From Candidatus Yanofskybacteria bacterium RIFCSPHIGHO2_01_FULL_44_24 (GTDB lineage Bacteria; Patescibacteriota; Minisyncoccia; 2-02-FULL-40-12; GWA2-44-9): a stretch of DNA of 64,000 nt. The number at the start of each line of letters is the position of its first letter. The first letter of the stretch is position 1. The notes under the pieces are model-generated. The model was not told where the DNA came from, did no database searches, and was given only the letters and a program-made list of their open reading frames with translations. Shown piece after piece: positions 34,784 through 44,136 of the stretch. Where the stretch lies: assembly GCA_001794215.1 (NCBI GenBank), contig MGJK01000012.1, positions 80,818 through 144,817 of the forward strand. Direction: 5' to 3'. A program made the translations under genes and the position numbers.

Positions 34784-35773
34784 ATGAGACCGAAAGAAGT
34801 CAGCGCGTTTTTGAAGTCTCTCACGCACTATTCTAAGGCCCCCGCGGTCTTTATCTGGGGTCCTCCCGGAGTAGGGAAGTCGAGAGTATGCGAGCAGGTG
34901 GCCCGGGAGGAGAACATGGGCTTTGTCGATTTGAGATTGGCTTTGATGGATCCGACCGATCTTCGGGGCATTCCTGTTCCGGAAAACGGTAAGGCCCAAT
35001 GGTTGGCCCCCTCGGCATTACCCACGGAAGGCAGGTGGATCATCCTCCTGGATGAATTTAACCTTGCTCCTCCGCTTGTGCAGTCGTCCGCTTATCAGCT
35101 TGTGCTTGACCGTAAGCTTGGGGAATACACACTACCCAAGGAATGTCTTGTGATCGCCGCCGGGAACAAAACCGAACATGGCGCCAATACATTCAAGATG
35201 GCGATGCCTCTCCGCAACCGATTCGTCCACATTGATTTCGAAACCCATATTGACGACTGGAGAGAATGGGCGATCCGAAACGAAATAGAATCGGAAGTCG
35301 TAGAATTCATCAGTTTCCGGCCGGACCTTCTTTTTCAGTTTGATCCGCGAAGGCAAGAGAATGCTTTTCCTACGCCTCGAAGCTGGGAATTTACTTCGCA
35401 AATCATAAAGAGCAGAAATGGCTTGGGTGAAGAAATTGTCCAGAAAGTAATTGAAGGGACTGTCGGTGCGGGAGCGGCAACGGAGTTGAAAAGCTACCGT
35501 CAAATGAAGGCAAATCTGCCGTCCATCGACAGTATTCTTAAGGGTGAAGACTATGCTCCCGAACAGGCCGATCTCGCCTGTGCCGTTGCCACCGCTCTTG
35601 TTATCAGGGCCAATGCGGATCAATTCGACAGGGTACTGCGCTATTCCGAAAAGCTTCAGGCTGAAATCACCGTACTGATCGGCAAGCTTCTTGCCGTCAA
35701 AGACAAGCAATCTCTGATGAAGTGCTCCTACTGGGCTACCTGGTCTAAGAAGCATTACGGCCTTATAGGATAA
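34784..35773 (+). CDS. MoxR-family AAA+ ATPase (AAA_5 / CbbQ-NorQ-GvpN-like)
   Basis: Walker A GPPGVGKS, Walker B ILLDEFN, sensor-1 AAGN, and RNRF. About 330 aa, the MoxR size. Confidence 0.85.
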   Translation: MRPKEVSAFLKSLTHYSKAPAVFIWGPPGVGKSRVCEQVAREENMGFVDLRLALMDPTDLRGIPVPENGKAQWLAPSALPTEGRWIILLDEFNLAPPLVQSSAYQLVLDRKLGEYTLPKECLVIAAGNKTEHGANTFKMAMPLRNRFVHIDFETHIDDWREWAIRNEIESEVVEFISFRPDLLFQFDPRRQENAFPTPRSWEFTSQIIKSRNGLGEEIVQKVIEGTVGAGAATELKSYRQMKANLPSIDSILKGEDYAPEQADLACAVATALVIRANADQFDRVLRYSEKLQAEITVLIGKLLAVKDKQSLMKCSYWATWSKKHYGLIG

Positions 35774-35782
35774 GGGCTGATC

Positions 35783-37078
35783 ATGAGTGGAAATAAGGCG
35801 GTCAGAGAAAGGATAATCAGGGAAAGGGTTCAGCTCCTGCTTCATCGTCCCTTTTTCGGGTATCTCACTCTAAGTCTTGATCTGAAAGAAGAGCTTGGAA
35901 TACCTACTATGGCGACAGATGGAACTCGCCTTTACTATAATCCGGCTTTTGTGGATGGGCTTGATCCTAAAGTTCTTCAGATGATTCTTGCCCATGAAAC
36001 GCTTCATTGCGCCTTGGGCCATCTCTGGAGGCTTGAAAAACGTAATCGTGAAAAGTGGAATTATGCCACCGACTATGCGATCAATTTGATGCTGAAAAAA
36101 GAAGGATTCACGGTGCCGGCCAATTGTTTATGCGACGATAAATTTGACGGTATGTCGGCTGAAGAGATATATCACAGACTGCCTGATCAAAAACCCAAGG
36201 GGTCTTTAGTCAGCTCTCACGATAAATGGCCGGGTAAGAATAAGTGTAAGGATAAAGAGAACAAGAAGGCGTCTCAGACTCCGCAAGATAAAAGCGGTGA
36301 AGGGGGAGATAAAAAGCCTGAGAATCAGGGCCAGCAGAGTAAAGACGATTCTAAAGAGGATGGGAGCGGGGGCGACAATAAAGACAGGATTGAAGGCGAT
36401 CAGCCTCAGTCCGCCCCGCCCCAAATTTTAAGTGGCGACGATCAAGAGGAGCTTGTGAAAGAGTGGCAAGATAAACTGATCCGCGCCGCTAATGCGGCAA
36501 GAATGCAGGGTAAATTGCCCGGCAGGATGGGTCAGCTTATCCAGGATGTTCTTGAGCCTAAGCTCGACTGGAAGGTAATCCTGAAGGATTTAGTCACTTC
36601 TTTGGTCCGAAACGATTTTCGTTTATTTCCGGCCTCAAAGAAGCATCTTTGGCGTAATATCTATCTGCCTTCCCTTCACGGTGAGTTGATAGAATTAGCC
36701 GTAGGCATAGATACTTCCGGCTCAGTTTCTGATGAGCAATTCCAGGAGCTGATTGCCGAAGTGCGGGGCATTGCCGAGCAATTTGAGAATTTCACCCTTC
36801 ACTTGTTTTTCTGCGATACAGAGATCCACGACCGGATGACCATCTCATCTAACGACGTATGGCCGGATAAATTTACCAAAAATGGAGGCGGTACGAGTTT
36901 TGTTCCGGTGATAGAGCTGATCGACAAAGAGCTTCCGCATATTGCCGGACTGGTCTACCTTACTGACGGGGATGGAGCGTATCCTAAGAATCCGCCGGAC
37001 TATCCGGTGATCTGGGTGCTTAATAAAGATAAGGTCATGCCCTGGGGCGAGAGCATTAAGATGGAGGAGGCCCGATGA
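35783..37078 (+). CDS. VWA-domain protein with an N-terminal zincin-like HExxH domain (DUF2201-like) and an acidic/K-rich linker
   Basis: AHETLHCALGH contains an HExxH motif in the N-terminal domain. The C-terminal GIDTSGSVSDEQ is a MIDAS DxSxS motif in a VWA-like fold. Start is 10 nt after the AAA gene stop, the classical MoxR-VWA pairing. Confidence 0.8.
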   Translation: MSGNKAVRERIIRERVQLLLHRPFFGYLTLSLDLKEELGIPTMATDGTRLYYNPAFVDGLDPKVLQMILAHETLHCALGHLWRLEKRNREKWNYATDYAINLMLKKEGFTVPANCLCDDKFDGMSAEEIYHRLPDQKPKGSLVSSHDKWPGKNKCKDKENKKASQTPQDKSGEGGDKKPENQGQQSKDDSKEDGSGGDNKDRIEGDQPQSAPPQILSGDDQEELVKEWQDKLIRAANAARMQGKLPGRMGQLIQDVLEPKLDWKVILKDLVTSLVRNDFRLFPASKKHLWRNIYLPSLHGELIELAVGIDTSGSVSDEQFQELIAEVRGIAEQFENFTLHLFFCDTEIHDRMTISSNDVWPDKFTKNGGGTSFVPVIELIDKELPHIAGLVYLTDGDGAYPKNPPDYPVIWVLNKDKVMPWGESIKMEEAR

Positions 37079-37602
37079 CACCGACTCAAAATCTTTCCGA
37101 ACTCAAAACATACCTTGATCAGTTTAAAGAGGAGATGGCTCAAATTGATATCCGGAATCTTCAGGAAATTCCCAAATTTCGTATCCCTAATTGGCCGGAA
37201 GAAGCAGGGTCTGTGGCGGTTGACTTCTGGTTCAGAGAGCTAATGTATCCTTGCCGGGGCGAGGCATCTTCCATGCTGAACGTTCGAAGAAAAAGGGTGC
37301 GTCATATGAGGGTTGAAATATATCATGGACTTATCTACATAACCAAGATGCATTTGAATTCAAGCAACCAGGCTTTTCAATCCGACAATCTTACCGGGCT
37401 TAATCGCACCAATTGTTTCATTATTTTCCATCAGCTTATCGACCCGATTTGCAGGGCAATAATCAAAAAGCTTAAGAAGAGATATCGTAAGTTCAAGGAT
37501 GAAGCGGAGCAATATAACAGAGTCTGTGACGCCGTCAAAAAATCCTTCGAACCTCTGATCCCTTTCATTGTGGCGGATATTTTGGAAGGGGAGGAAGGAT
37601 GA
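37075..37602 (+). CDS. Paralog 2 of the novel ~180-aa family (EIPKFRIPNWPEE ... VKKSFEPLIPFIVADIL)
   Basis: Start overlaps the VWA gene stop (ATGA), suggesting translational coupling. Conserved terminal motifs are retained, the middle is divergent. Confidence 0.5.
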   Translation: MTPTQNLSELKTYLDQFKEEMAQIDIRNLQEIPKFRIPNWPEEAGSVAVDFWFRELMYPCRGEASSMLNVRRKRVRHMRVEIYHGLIYITKMHLNSSNQAFQSDNLTGLNRTNCFIIFHQLIDPICRAIIKKLKKRYRKFKDEAEQYNRVCDAVKKSFEPLIPFIVADILEGEEG

Positions 37603-38147
37603 CAAGTTCCATTTCGATAGTCCCGATGAGTAAGGCTAACATGGGCGAGGAATTTTCCGGGATTGAGTTTCAGGATATCAATGTTCCAAAGTTCAAAATT
37701 CCAAACTGGCCCAAAGGGGTAGGCATATCCCTTAAGTTAAGCAAGAGGCCGTATCATATTCCCGTGGAGTCTGACGGCAAGTACCTATGGTATAGGAATA
37801 AGCATAGGCTGTTCGTTGAGATAACGGGCGAGGGCTTCATCAGGTTTCAGTTCTTGCGCGCCGTCCTTGGATTAAGGCCGGCCCAATTTTGCGGTAGCTA
37901 CGCATCCAACGGCTATACGGTAAGTTGGTTAGATGTCGGCCATTACTGGGTTGATTCCGGTGCGGACGACTTACCGAGAAGGCTACCCGCCCTGATGTTG
38001 TTTGACCAGTTCAAGGTCAACATTCTTCTGGAGCTGGTTTCGAAGCTGAAGAACGATTCTGCGATACATAATCAGGTTGTTGAAGAAGTCAAGAAAGCCT
38101 TCGAACCCTTTGTGCCGTTTGTTGTTATGGATCAGTTACTGTCATAG
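37599..38147 (+). CDS. Paralog 3 of the novel ~180-aa family (NVPKFKIPNWPKG ... LFDQFKVNIL ... VKKAFEPFVPFVVMDQL)
   Basis: Overlaps paralog 2 by 4 nt. The paralog closest to paralog 1 across the full length. Confidence 0.5.
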   Translation: MTSSISIVPMSKANMGEEFSGIEFQDINVPKFKIPNWPKGVGISLKLSKRPYHIPVESDGKYLWYRNKHRLFVEITGEGFIRFQFLRAVLGLRPAQFCGSYASNGYTVSWLDVGHYWVDSGADDLPRRLPALMLFDQFKVNILLELVSKLKNDSAIHNQVVEEVKKAFEPFVPFVVMDQLLS

Positions 38148-38318
38148 GACGAGAGCAAGATAATTTCTTGCTCTTTTTGTTTAGCTAAAAGCCCAAAAGA
38201 AGGATAAAATATCAGAGTATTTATCATTTTTGTCAAATTTTTTGTTCCTTGTGGAGGTTCTGCGGGAGTGGTATTTTTAATGTATACTGGTTAACAAAAT
38301 CAAATCAGCCTGCTTACT

Positions 38319-39161
38319 ATGAGCAACTCCAACAAAAGATTGAAATACGCCAAACACCATGCCGAGACAGTCTATGTGGGCGAATATATAGATCTCAAGA
38401 AAGTTCAGGAGGGCATCAGGCACTATGTTTATCTTAATCGCGATCATCCGCTGGTCATCCGGGTTTTAAAAGAGCAATATGTGGTTTTGACCAAATTCGG
38501 AGCTGTTACATTTTGGAACGTTTCCCAGCGTTTAAGGAAGGAATTTTTAAAAGAAATCATACCCTTTGTCAAGAATAAAAAGACCAACTATCCTTACGAC
38601 GAAGAAACCAAGGTTTTTATAGGCGGCGAAGTTGAAAAAATAACTTTCGATACCGTCTATCTCACCAAACTCGAACCGAGCGAGATCAAGATCATCTCCT
38701 ACGTCCTATCCCAGTCAGTCGCATTGGAGCGCTACGAGGATGAGATAGAAGCTAATCTTTCCGAGATCGGAGTTATCGTGGAAAATCTGAAATCGACCGG
38801 ACGAGCCATGCTTAACGAACGAGGGCTCTTGAAGCAAATCGGCAATGTTCTGTCGGTAAAGCAAACGGCGGTTGCGCATTTGTCTCTGTTTGATAAGCCG
38901 GAAGAGGTTTGGGAGTCTCCCGGACTGGAGAGTCTCTACAACAGAATGAATTTCGAATATGAGCTACAAGATAGATTCGACATTCTTGATGAAAAAATTA
39001 AGTATCTTTCCGATATTTCCCAGATGCTTATGAATTTTTTGGCTGAAAAACGAAACGCTTTTTTGGAGACCATTATTATACTTTTATTTGTTGTTGATTT
39101 AGGCCTCTGGTTCTTGCCTCCTTTTCCGGAAGTATTGACCTACATTCGCTCGCTGTTTTAA
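38319..39161 (+). CDS. DUF155/RMD1-like protein with a C-terminal transmembrane helix
   Basis: 280 aa. Overall architecture is a soluble domain with ETIIILLFVVDLGLWFL at the C-terminus, resembling DUF155. Assignment made by pattern only. Confidence 0.4.
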   Translation: MSNSNKRLKYAKHHAETVYVGEYIDLKKVQEGIRHYVYLNRDHPLVIRVLKEQYVVLTKFGAVTFWNVSQRLRKEFLKEIIPFVKNKKTNYPYDEETKVFIGGEVEKITFDTVYLTKLEPSEIKIISYVLSQSVALERYEDEIEANLSEIGVIVENLKSTGRAMLNERGLLKQIGNVLSVKQTAVAHLSLFDKPEEVWESPGLESLYNRMNFEYELQDRFDILDEKIKYLSDISQMLMNFLAEKRNAFLETIIILLFVVDLGLWFLPPFPEVLTYIRSLF

Positions 39162-39323
39162 TCAGGATAAACTTGGGGGGTTGAATTGATAAAATCCCCC
39201 TTTGTGGTATAGTGGCTTTCGTGCCCAGTAATACAGCTTTTGGTCGGCTTCAGTTATTCCAGGGCAGTATAAGGATGCTGGGCTTTAATTCCTAAACAAA
39301 TTACCTTAACCTCGGCGTGCCGG

Positions 39324-40337
39324 ATGCATGAATATCCGGAAGCTGATATACTGGGCGTGCCCCGCAAGCTTCTAAAAATCGGCGTTTTAATGGGCGGGCC
39401 TTCGTCTGAGCACGAAGTCTCTTTGGCTACGGGAAAGAATATTATCGGCAACCTGGATAGTACGAAATACCAGCCGGTTGCGATAAAAATATCCAAAAAG
39501 GGGCAGTGGTCTTTAGGTGGTCAGATCGTTGATATGCCCGCGGCATTGAAATCGGTTGATATCGTCTTTAACGCTCTTCACGGTACTTTTGGCGAAGACG
39601 GAAGGGTCCAGGCTCTCATGGAATATTACAATACGCCGTATACAGGGTCAGGCATTACCGCTTCGGCTTTAGCCATGGATAAGCTAAGGAGCAGGGAGAT
39701 TTTTAAATTAGCCGGTTTTTGCGTTCCCAAAACATTGAAACTGAAACGGGGTGAAAATTACGAAGCAAGACTGAACCTCTTTGTCAATAAAGTAGTCAAG
39801 TTTCCGGTGGTAGTTAAGCCCTGCTCAAACGGGTCGTCGGTAGGAGTCAAAATAGTCGACAGTCCGGCCGATTTAGAGCCAGCCATTCAGGAAGGTTTTA
39901 AGTTAGACAAGAAAGTGCTGGTTGAGGAGTACATTAAGGGCAGGGAGCTGACCTGCGGCGTGCTCGATAATTTTAACAATCAGCCCGTTGCCGCTTTGCC
40001 GGTGACCGAAATCACTCCGGTAAACGGCCACAGATTTTTTAATTATGACTCCAAATACAAAGACGGGCAGGCAAAGGAGATAACGCCGGCTTTCGTCGAT
40101 AGTGTAATATATTCAAAAGCTCAGGAAATTGCTTTGACCGCGCATCAGATTTTAGGTTGCCGGGGATATTCAAGAACTGACATGATCTGGACCCCCGGAA
40201 ATAATGATGTTTATATTCTTGAAGTAAATACGCTTCCAGGCCTCACTCCCAACTCATTGCTTCCCAAGGCGGCTCAATCTTCGGGTCTGTCGCTTGCACG
40301 GCTTCTCGATGCCATAATCGAAAGTTCGAGGGACTAA
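39324..40337 (+). CDS. ddl: D-alanine--D-alanine ligase
   Basis: KIGVLMGGPSSEHEVSL ... HGTFGEDGRVQALMEYYNTPYTGSG ... ATP-grasp C-terminus ending LARLLDAII. The likely start lies a few codons downstream of the track start. Confidence 0.9.
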   Translation: MHEYPEADILGVPRKLLKIGVLMGGPSSEHEVSLATGKNIIGNLDSTKYQPVAIKISKKGQWSLGGQIVDMPAALKSVDIVFNALHGTFGEDGRVQALMEYYNTPYTGSGITASALAMDKLRSREIFKLAGFCVPKTLKLKRGENYEARLNLFVNKVVKFPVVVKPCSNGSSVGVKIVDSPADLEPAIQEGFKLDKKVLVEEYIKGRELTCGVLDNFNNQPVAALPVTEITPVNGHRFFNYDSKYKDGQAKEITPAFVDSVIYSKAQEIALTAHQILGCRGYSRTDMIWTPGNNDVYILEVNTLPGLTPNSLLPKAAQSSGLSLARLLDAIIESSRD

Positions 40338-40454
40338 GCCGGCATTTAAGTTTAGAGAAACGGTCCGAGCCTCCTTAAGGGCTTTTTTGTTTGACGATTA
40401 AATTTTTGTCTGATAAGATTCGAGGGGCAATAGTTATGTTTTGAAGAGGTATGA

Positions 40455-40628
40455 ATGATGGTGAAGCTACTCGCAGTCGGCTCAATTTTAATGGGAGTAT
40501 TCAGGTTTATTGATTATCTTTATTACGGAAATAGTCATTTTCAATATGCCCTAACAAAGGCCATCGTCTCGATAGCCATGGGTCTATTGCTTCTTTATGT
40601 GAAAAATCGAGAAAATAGGTCGAGGTAA
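40455..40628 (+). CDS. Small membrane peptide (57 aa), hand-called
   Basis: Strong RBS gaagaggt 5 nt upstream. Reads MMVKLLAVGSILMGVF...AIVSIAMGLLLLYVKNRENRSR. Not in the track (under 60 aa). Confidence 0.3.
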   Translation: MMVKLLAVGSILMGVFRFIDYLYYGNSHFQYALTKAIVSIAMGLLLLYVKNRENRSR

Positions 40629-40719
40629 GAAGTTCGGGCAGAAGAGGCCTCTTGTCTATCATTTAAAATCGGATATTTATCCGATTTTGTTTTAAGGGGT
40701 TTTATGATAATATCTGATT

Positions 40720-42108
40720 ATGACTCGGACAAATATCAGCGAAACAAAAGATCTTGTCGGAAAAGAGGTTGATCTCGCCGGTTGGATTAATGTACGACGA
40801 GACCACGGCAAAATAATTTTTATTGATTTACGGGACCGTTCGGGGATTGTCCAGATGGTTTTCGTGCCTTCGAATAAGGAGCTTTATGATAAGGCCAGCC
40901 AACTTCGCGCTGAATGGGTTGTACGCGTAAGAGGCAGGGTCAAGCAACGGCCTGATAGGATGGTAAATCCGGACATCGAAACCGGTAAAGTTGAGATCGA
41001 ACCGTTAGGATTAGAAATACTCAACGAATCATTGGCCTTGCCCTTTCCGATCGACAGCGACGGTCATGACATCGACGAAGAGATCCGTTTGAAGCATCGT
41101 TATCTTGATCTGCGTCGTCCCCGATTGGCTAAAAATATTAAATTACGCTCTGAACTCGTTGATCGCGTCAGGCAGTTTTTGTTTAATAAAGGATTTTTAG
41201 AGATAGAAACACCGATTCTTTCAGCTCCGACTCCGGAAGGTTCGAGGGATTTTGTCGTGCCGTCCCGTCTCAATCCGGGCAAGTTTTTTGCACTTCCTCA
41301 GAGCCCGCAGCAATATAAGCAGCTCCTGATGGTCGGCGGGTTTGAAAAGTACTTCCAAATTGCCCGCTGTCTCAGAGACGAAGATTTAAGAGCCGATAGA
41401 GGTTTCGAGCATACCCAAGTTGATATAGAAATGAGTTTTGTTGATCAGAAGAGTTTTGTGGCTCTTGATGAAGAAATGATTACTACGGTTGTCGAGGGTA
41501 TGGGATACAAGATCAAACAAAAACCCTTTCCGGTTTTTACATATCAAGAAGCTATGGATCGGTTTGGGGCGGATAAGCTTGACCTAAGAACCGAAGAAGA
41601 TAAGAAAAATGGTGTTCTTGCTTTTGCCTGGGTGAAAGATTTTCCGTTTTTTGAGAAAGACGAAGAAGGCAATTGGACCTTTACCCATAATCCTTTTTCG
41701 CATGCCAAACCGGAACATGTTCCCTGGCTTTTAAAGGGCGAGCATATCGAAAAGATCTTAACGACCCAGTATGATATGGTTTGCAACGGATTTGAAGTCG
41801 GCGGAGGAAGCATCCGCGCCCACAAGCCTGAAATGCTCAAGGCCGTCTTCAAGATAATGGGTTACGAAGATAGTCAAATCGAGGAGCAGTTCGGACATAT
41901 GCTCGAAGCGTTTAAATACGGAGCTCCGCCTCACGGAGGCATTGCCCATGGCATTGAGAGACTGATGATGACTCTGCTCGGCGAGGAGTATCTGAGGGAG
42001 ACCCAGGCTTTTCCTCAGACCAGCTCGGGACGGACTTCAGTTATGAATGCGCCCGGTGAATTAAGCAAAAAACAGCTCAAAGAGCTGCATCTAAAAATAG
42101 AAAAGTAA
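40720..42108 (+). CDS. aspS: Aspartyl-tRNA synthetase, short archaeal/eukaryal-type
   Basis: 462 aa. OB-fold N-terminus (GWINVRRDHGKIIFIDLRD), class II motifs FRDEDLRADR, and the C-terminal GGGSIRAH. Lacks the bacterial insertion domain. Confidence 0.9.
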   Translation: MTRTNISETKDLVGKEVDLAGWINVRRDHGKIIFIDLRDRSGIVQMVFVPSNKELYDKASQLRAEWVVRVRGRVKQRPDRMVNPDIETGKVEIEPLGLEILNESLALPFPIDSDGHDIDEEIRLKHRYLDLRRPRLAKNIKLRSELVDRVRQFLFNKGFLEIETPILSAPTPEGSRDFVVPSRLNPGKFFALPQSPQQYKQLLMVGGFEKYFQIARCLRDEDLRADRGFEHTQVDIEMSFVDQKSFVALDEEMITTVVEGMGYKIKQKPFPVFTYQEAMDRFGADKLDLRTEEDKKNGVLAFAWVKDFPFFEKDEEGNWTFTHNPFSHAKPEHVPWLLKGEHIEKILTTQYDMVCNGFEVGGGSIRAHKPEMLKAVFKIMGYEDSQIEEQFGHMLEAFKYGAPPHGGIAHGIERLMMTLLGEEYLRETQAFPQTSSGRTSVMNAPGELSKKQLKELHLKIEK

Positions 42109-42109
42109 G

Positions 42110-43042
42110 ATGAAATTCAGCCTAAATTTAATCATCGGAGCCTTATGTATTCTGCTTTCCCTTAACCTTTTTTTTATTTTCAGTTCATTCGGCAGTGTAA
42201 ATACGGAAAGCGGAACGGGAATAAATTTGCCCGATACCAAAGCCTATATTTTACCCGTTTCTCAGGCAAGCTACATACCCATTCTTGATTCGGATATCGT
42301 TAAGCCGGAAATAAGCGCCAAATCGGCTATTGTATACGATACGCGGTCGTCGAGGTTTTTATTCGAGAAAAATACCCAGCAGAAGCTTCCCGTAGCTTCT
42401 CTGACTAAGATTTTAAGCGCGGTGGTTGTATTGGAATCGATGAATTTGGATGACCTAGTTATTATTCCCAAAGAAGCTATCAGGGCGGACGGAGAAAAGC
42501 AAGATCTTTACTTGGGCGAAAGTTTGACTGTGGAAAACCTTTTAAAGCTGATGCTGATTCAGTCATCCAATGATGCCGCATACGCATTGGCCGCACATTC
42601 TAAAGATCAGGGCGTGGATTTCGTTTCGGCGATGAATCATAAAGCCGCGGTTCTTGGAATGAAAAATTCTTTCTTTCTTGATCCGGCCGGTCTGAATGAT
42701 AATGCCTACTCAAGCGTTGAAGATCTGATACTCTTAATAGAGTACTCTTTAAATTACAGCCAAATCTGGGATATTTCCGCCGAAAAAAGCATAATCGTAG
42801 AATCGAGCGACAAGAAAATAAAGCATTATTCCGTCAGCACTAATCAGCTTCTGGGGGTTTTGCCTGATATTCTTGGCGGTAAAACCGGATACACGGACGG
42901 AGCGTTGGAGTGTCTGATACTGATAATCCGGCTTCCGGATTATCCGAGCAAGATAGTCAGTATCGTTTTAGGATCTCGCGATCGGTTCGGCGATACTCAA
43001 AAGCTGGTTGACTGGACTCGCCAGGCCTATCGATGGAAATAG
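42110..43042 (+). CDS. D-alanyl-D-alanine carboxypeptidase (S11 / PBP5-like)
   Basis: SxxK (ASLTKIL), SxN (SSNDAA) and KTG (KTGYTDGA) motifs, plus an N-terminal transmembrane or signal segment. Confidence 0.8.
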   Translation: MKFSLNLIIGALCILLSLNLFFIFSSFGSVNTESGTGINLPDTKAYILPVSQASYIPILDSDIVKPEISAKSAIVYDTRSSRFLFEKNTQQKLPVASLTKILSAVVVLESMNLDDLVIIPKEAIRADGEKQDLYLGESLTVENLLKLMLIQSSNDAAYALAAHSKDQGVDFVSAMNHKAAVLGMKNSFFLDPAGLNDNAYSSVEDLILLIEYSLNYSQIWDISAEKSIIVESSDKKIKHYSVSTNQLLGVLPDILGGKTGYTDGALECLILIIRLPDYPSKIVSIVLGSRDRFGDTQKLVDWTRQAYRWK

Positions 43043-43064
43043 GGCAGATTGTTAATTCAAATTT

Positions 43065-44126
43065 ATGACCGAAGAAATTTTTACAATTTTTAATATAGTG
43101 CGCTTATTTACCGTGGCGACCTTGGCTTTTTTTGTTAACCTTATAATTACCTTTTTTTGGACAAAGGTTTTATATAAGTATTTCAGGCCGGGCAAGGAAA
43201 TCGAAAAGCAAAACGCGCCCGTTTTTAACGCTTTGCATAAGAAAAAAGAGGGGACACCGACTATGGGCGGCCTGCCTATCTGGATAACGACTGCCGGACT
43301 GACGGTTTTTTTCTGGCTTCTCTCCAATACGATTGACGGTTTCTGGTCTCGGGTTAATTTCTTGTCGCGGGGCCAGACCCTGCTGCCTCTGGGCATTTTG
43401 ATTTTTGCCGGTTTATTGGGTATGGCTGACGATATCTTGGGGATCTTTAAAAGGGGGGGGCTGAGGATGAATAAGCGCCTATTTCTTTATATTTTTGTAG
43501 CTATTGTCGGAGCCTGGTGGTTTTATTTTAAACTGGATAGAGACGTGATCAACATTCCTTTCTTGGGGGATTTTGTCATAGGCTGGTTATATATTCCCTA
43601 CTTTATATTTATTGTCGTTGCGACGGCTTTTTCGATGAATGAAACGGATGGCCTTGACGGACTTTCCGGCGGAGTATTCTTGATTATTTTTGGAGCCCTG
43701 ACCGTGATTGCCTTTGACCAGGGAAGGATGGATTTGGCCGTATTTTTAATGGCAATAATCGGAGCTCTTGTCGCATTTTTGTGGTTTAATATATATCCGG
43801 CACGCTTTTTCATGGGAGATACCGGCGTGATGTCTTTAGGCTTTACCGTCGGAGTCGTTTCATTGCTGACCAATACCGCTCTGCTCCTGCCCCTGATCGC
43901 GGTTATTCCGATGGTTGAGTCTTTGTCGGTAATAATCCAAATGGCATCCAAAAGACTTCGGGGCAAAAAAATATTTCTTTCCACTCCTATTCATCATCAT
44001 TTTGAAGCTTTGGGCTGGCACGAAACTCAGGTGACTATGCGTTTCTGGATGGTCAGCGCTATCGGAGCGGTGATCGGCTTGATTATATTCTTGGTCGACT
44101 CCAAGATCCCTCCCTTATTCCAATAA
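43065..44126 (+). CDS. mraY: Phospho-N-acetylmuramoyl-pentapeptide transferase MraY
   Basis: LGMADDILGI, NIYPARFFMGDTG, and the C-terminal PIHHHFEALGWHETQV signatures. Confidence 0.9.
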   Translation: MTEEIFTIFNIVRLFTVATLAFFVNLIITFFWTKVLYKYFRPGKEIEKQNAPVFNALHKKKEGTPTMGGLPIWITTAGLTVFFWLLSNTIDGFWSRVNFLSRGQTLLPLGILIFAGLLGMADDILGIFKRGGLRMNKRLFLYIFVAIVGAWWFYFKLDRDVINIPFLGDFVIGWLYIPYFIFIVVATAFSMNETDGLDGLSGGVFLIIFGALTVIAFDQGRMDLAVFLMAIIGALVAFLWFNIYPARFFMGDTGVMSLGFTVGVVSLLTNTALLLPLIAVIPMVESLSVIIQMASKRLRGKKIFLSTPIHHHFEALGWHETQVTMRFWMVSAIGAVIGLIIFLVDSKIPPLFQ

Positions 44127-44136
44127 AAAGGAGCCC

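Larger units (their letters stand above)
29510..38200. mobile_element. Putative genomic island or integrated-element remnant adjacent to tRNA-Lys
   Basis: tRNA gene with duplicated 5' fragments, GIY-YIG gene, truncated serine recombinase, and a run of mostly single-gene units each ending in its own hairpin terminator. The cargo is a MoxR/VWA cluster. Core genes resume at ddl and aspS. No attR-type 3' tRNA repeat was found, so the right boundary is approximate. Confidence 0.4.

Noticed and set aside
36206-36424. Minus-strand ORF and apparent repetitiveness in the middle of the VWA gene
   Set aside because: The region encodes the K/D/E/G/S-rich low-complexity linker of the VWA protein on the plus strand. 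The antisense ORF is a shadow and the DNA is not a tandem repeat.
39190-39320. tRNA-like D-loop word (tggtatagtggc) in the spacer upstream of ddl
   Set aside because: No acceptor stem, anticodon arm or T-arm (GTTCGAATC-type) can be folded around it. It is not a tRNA.
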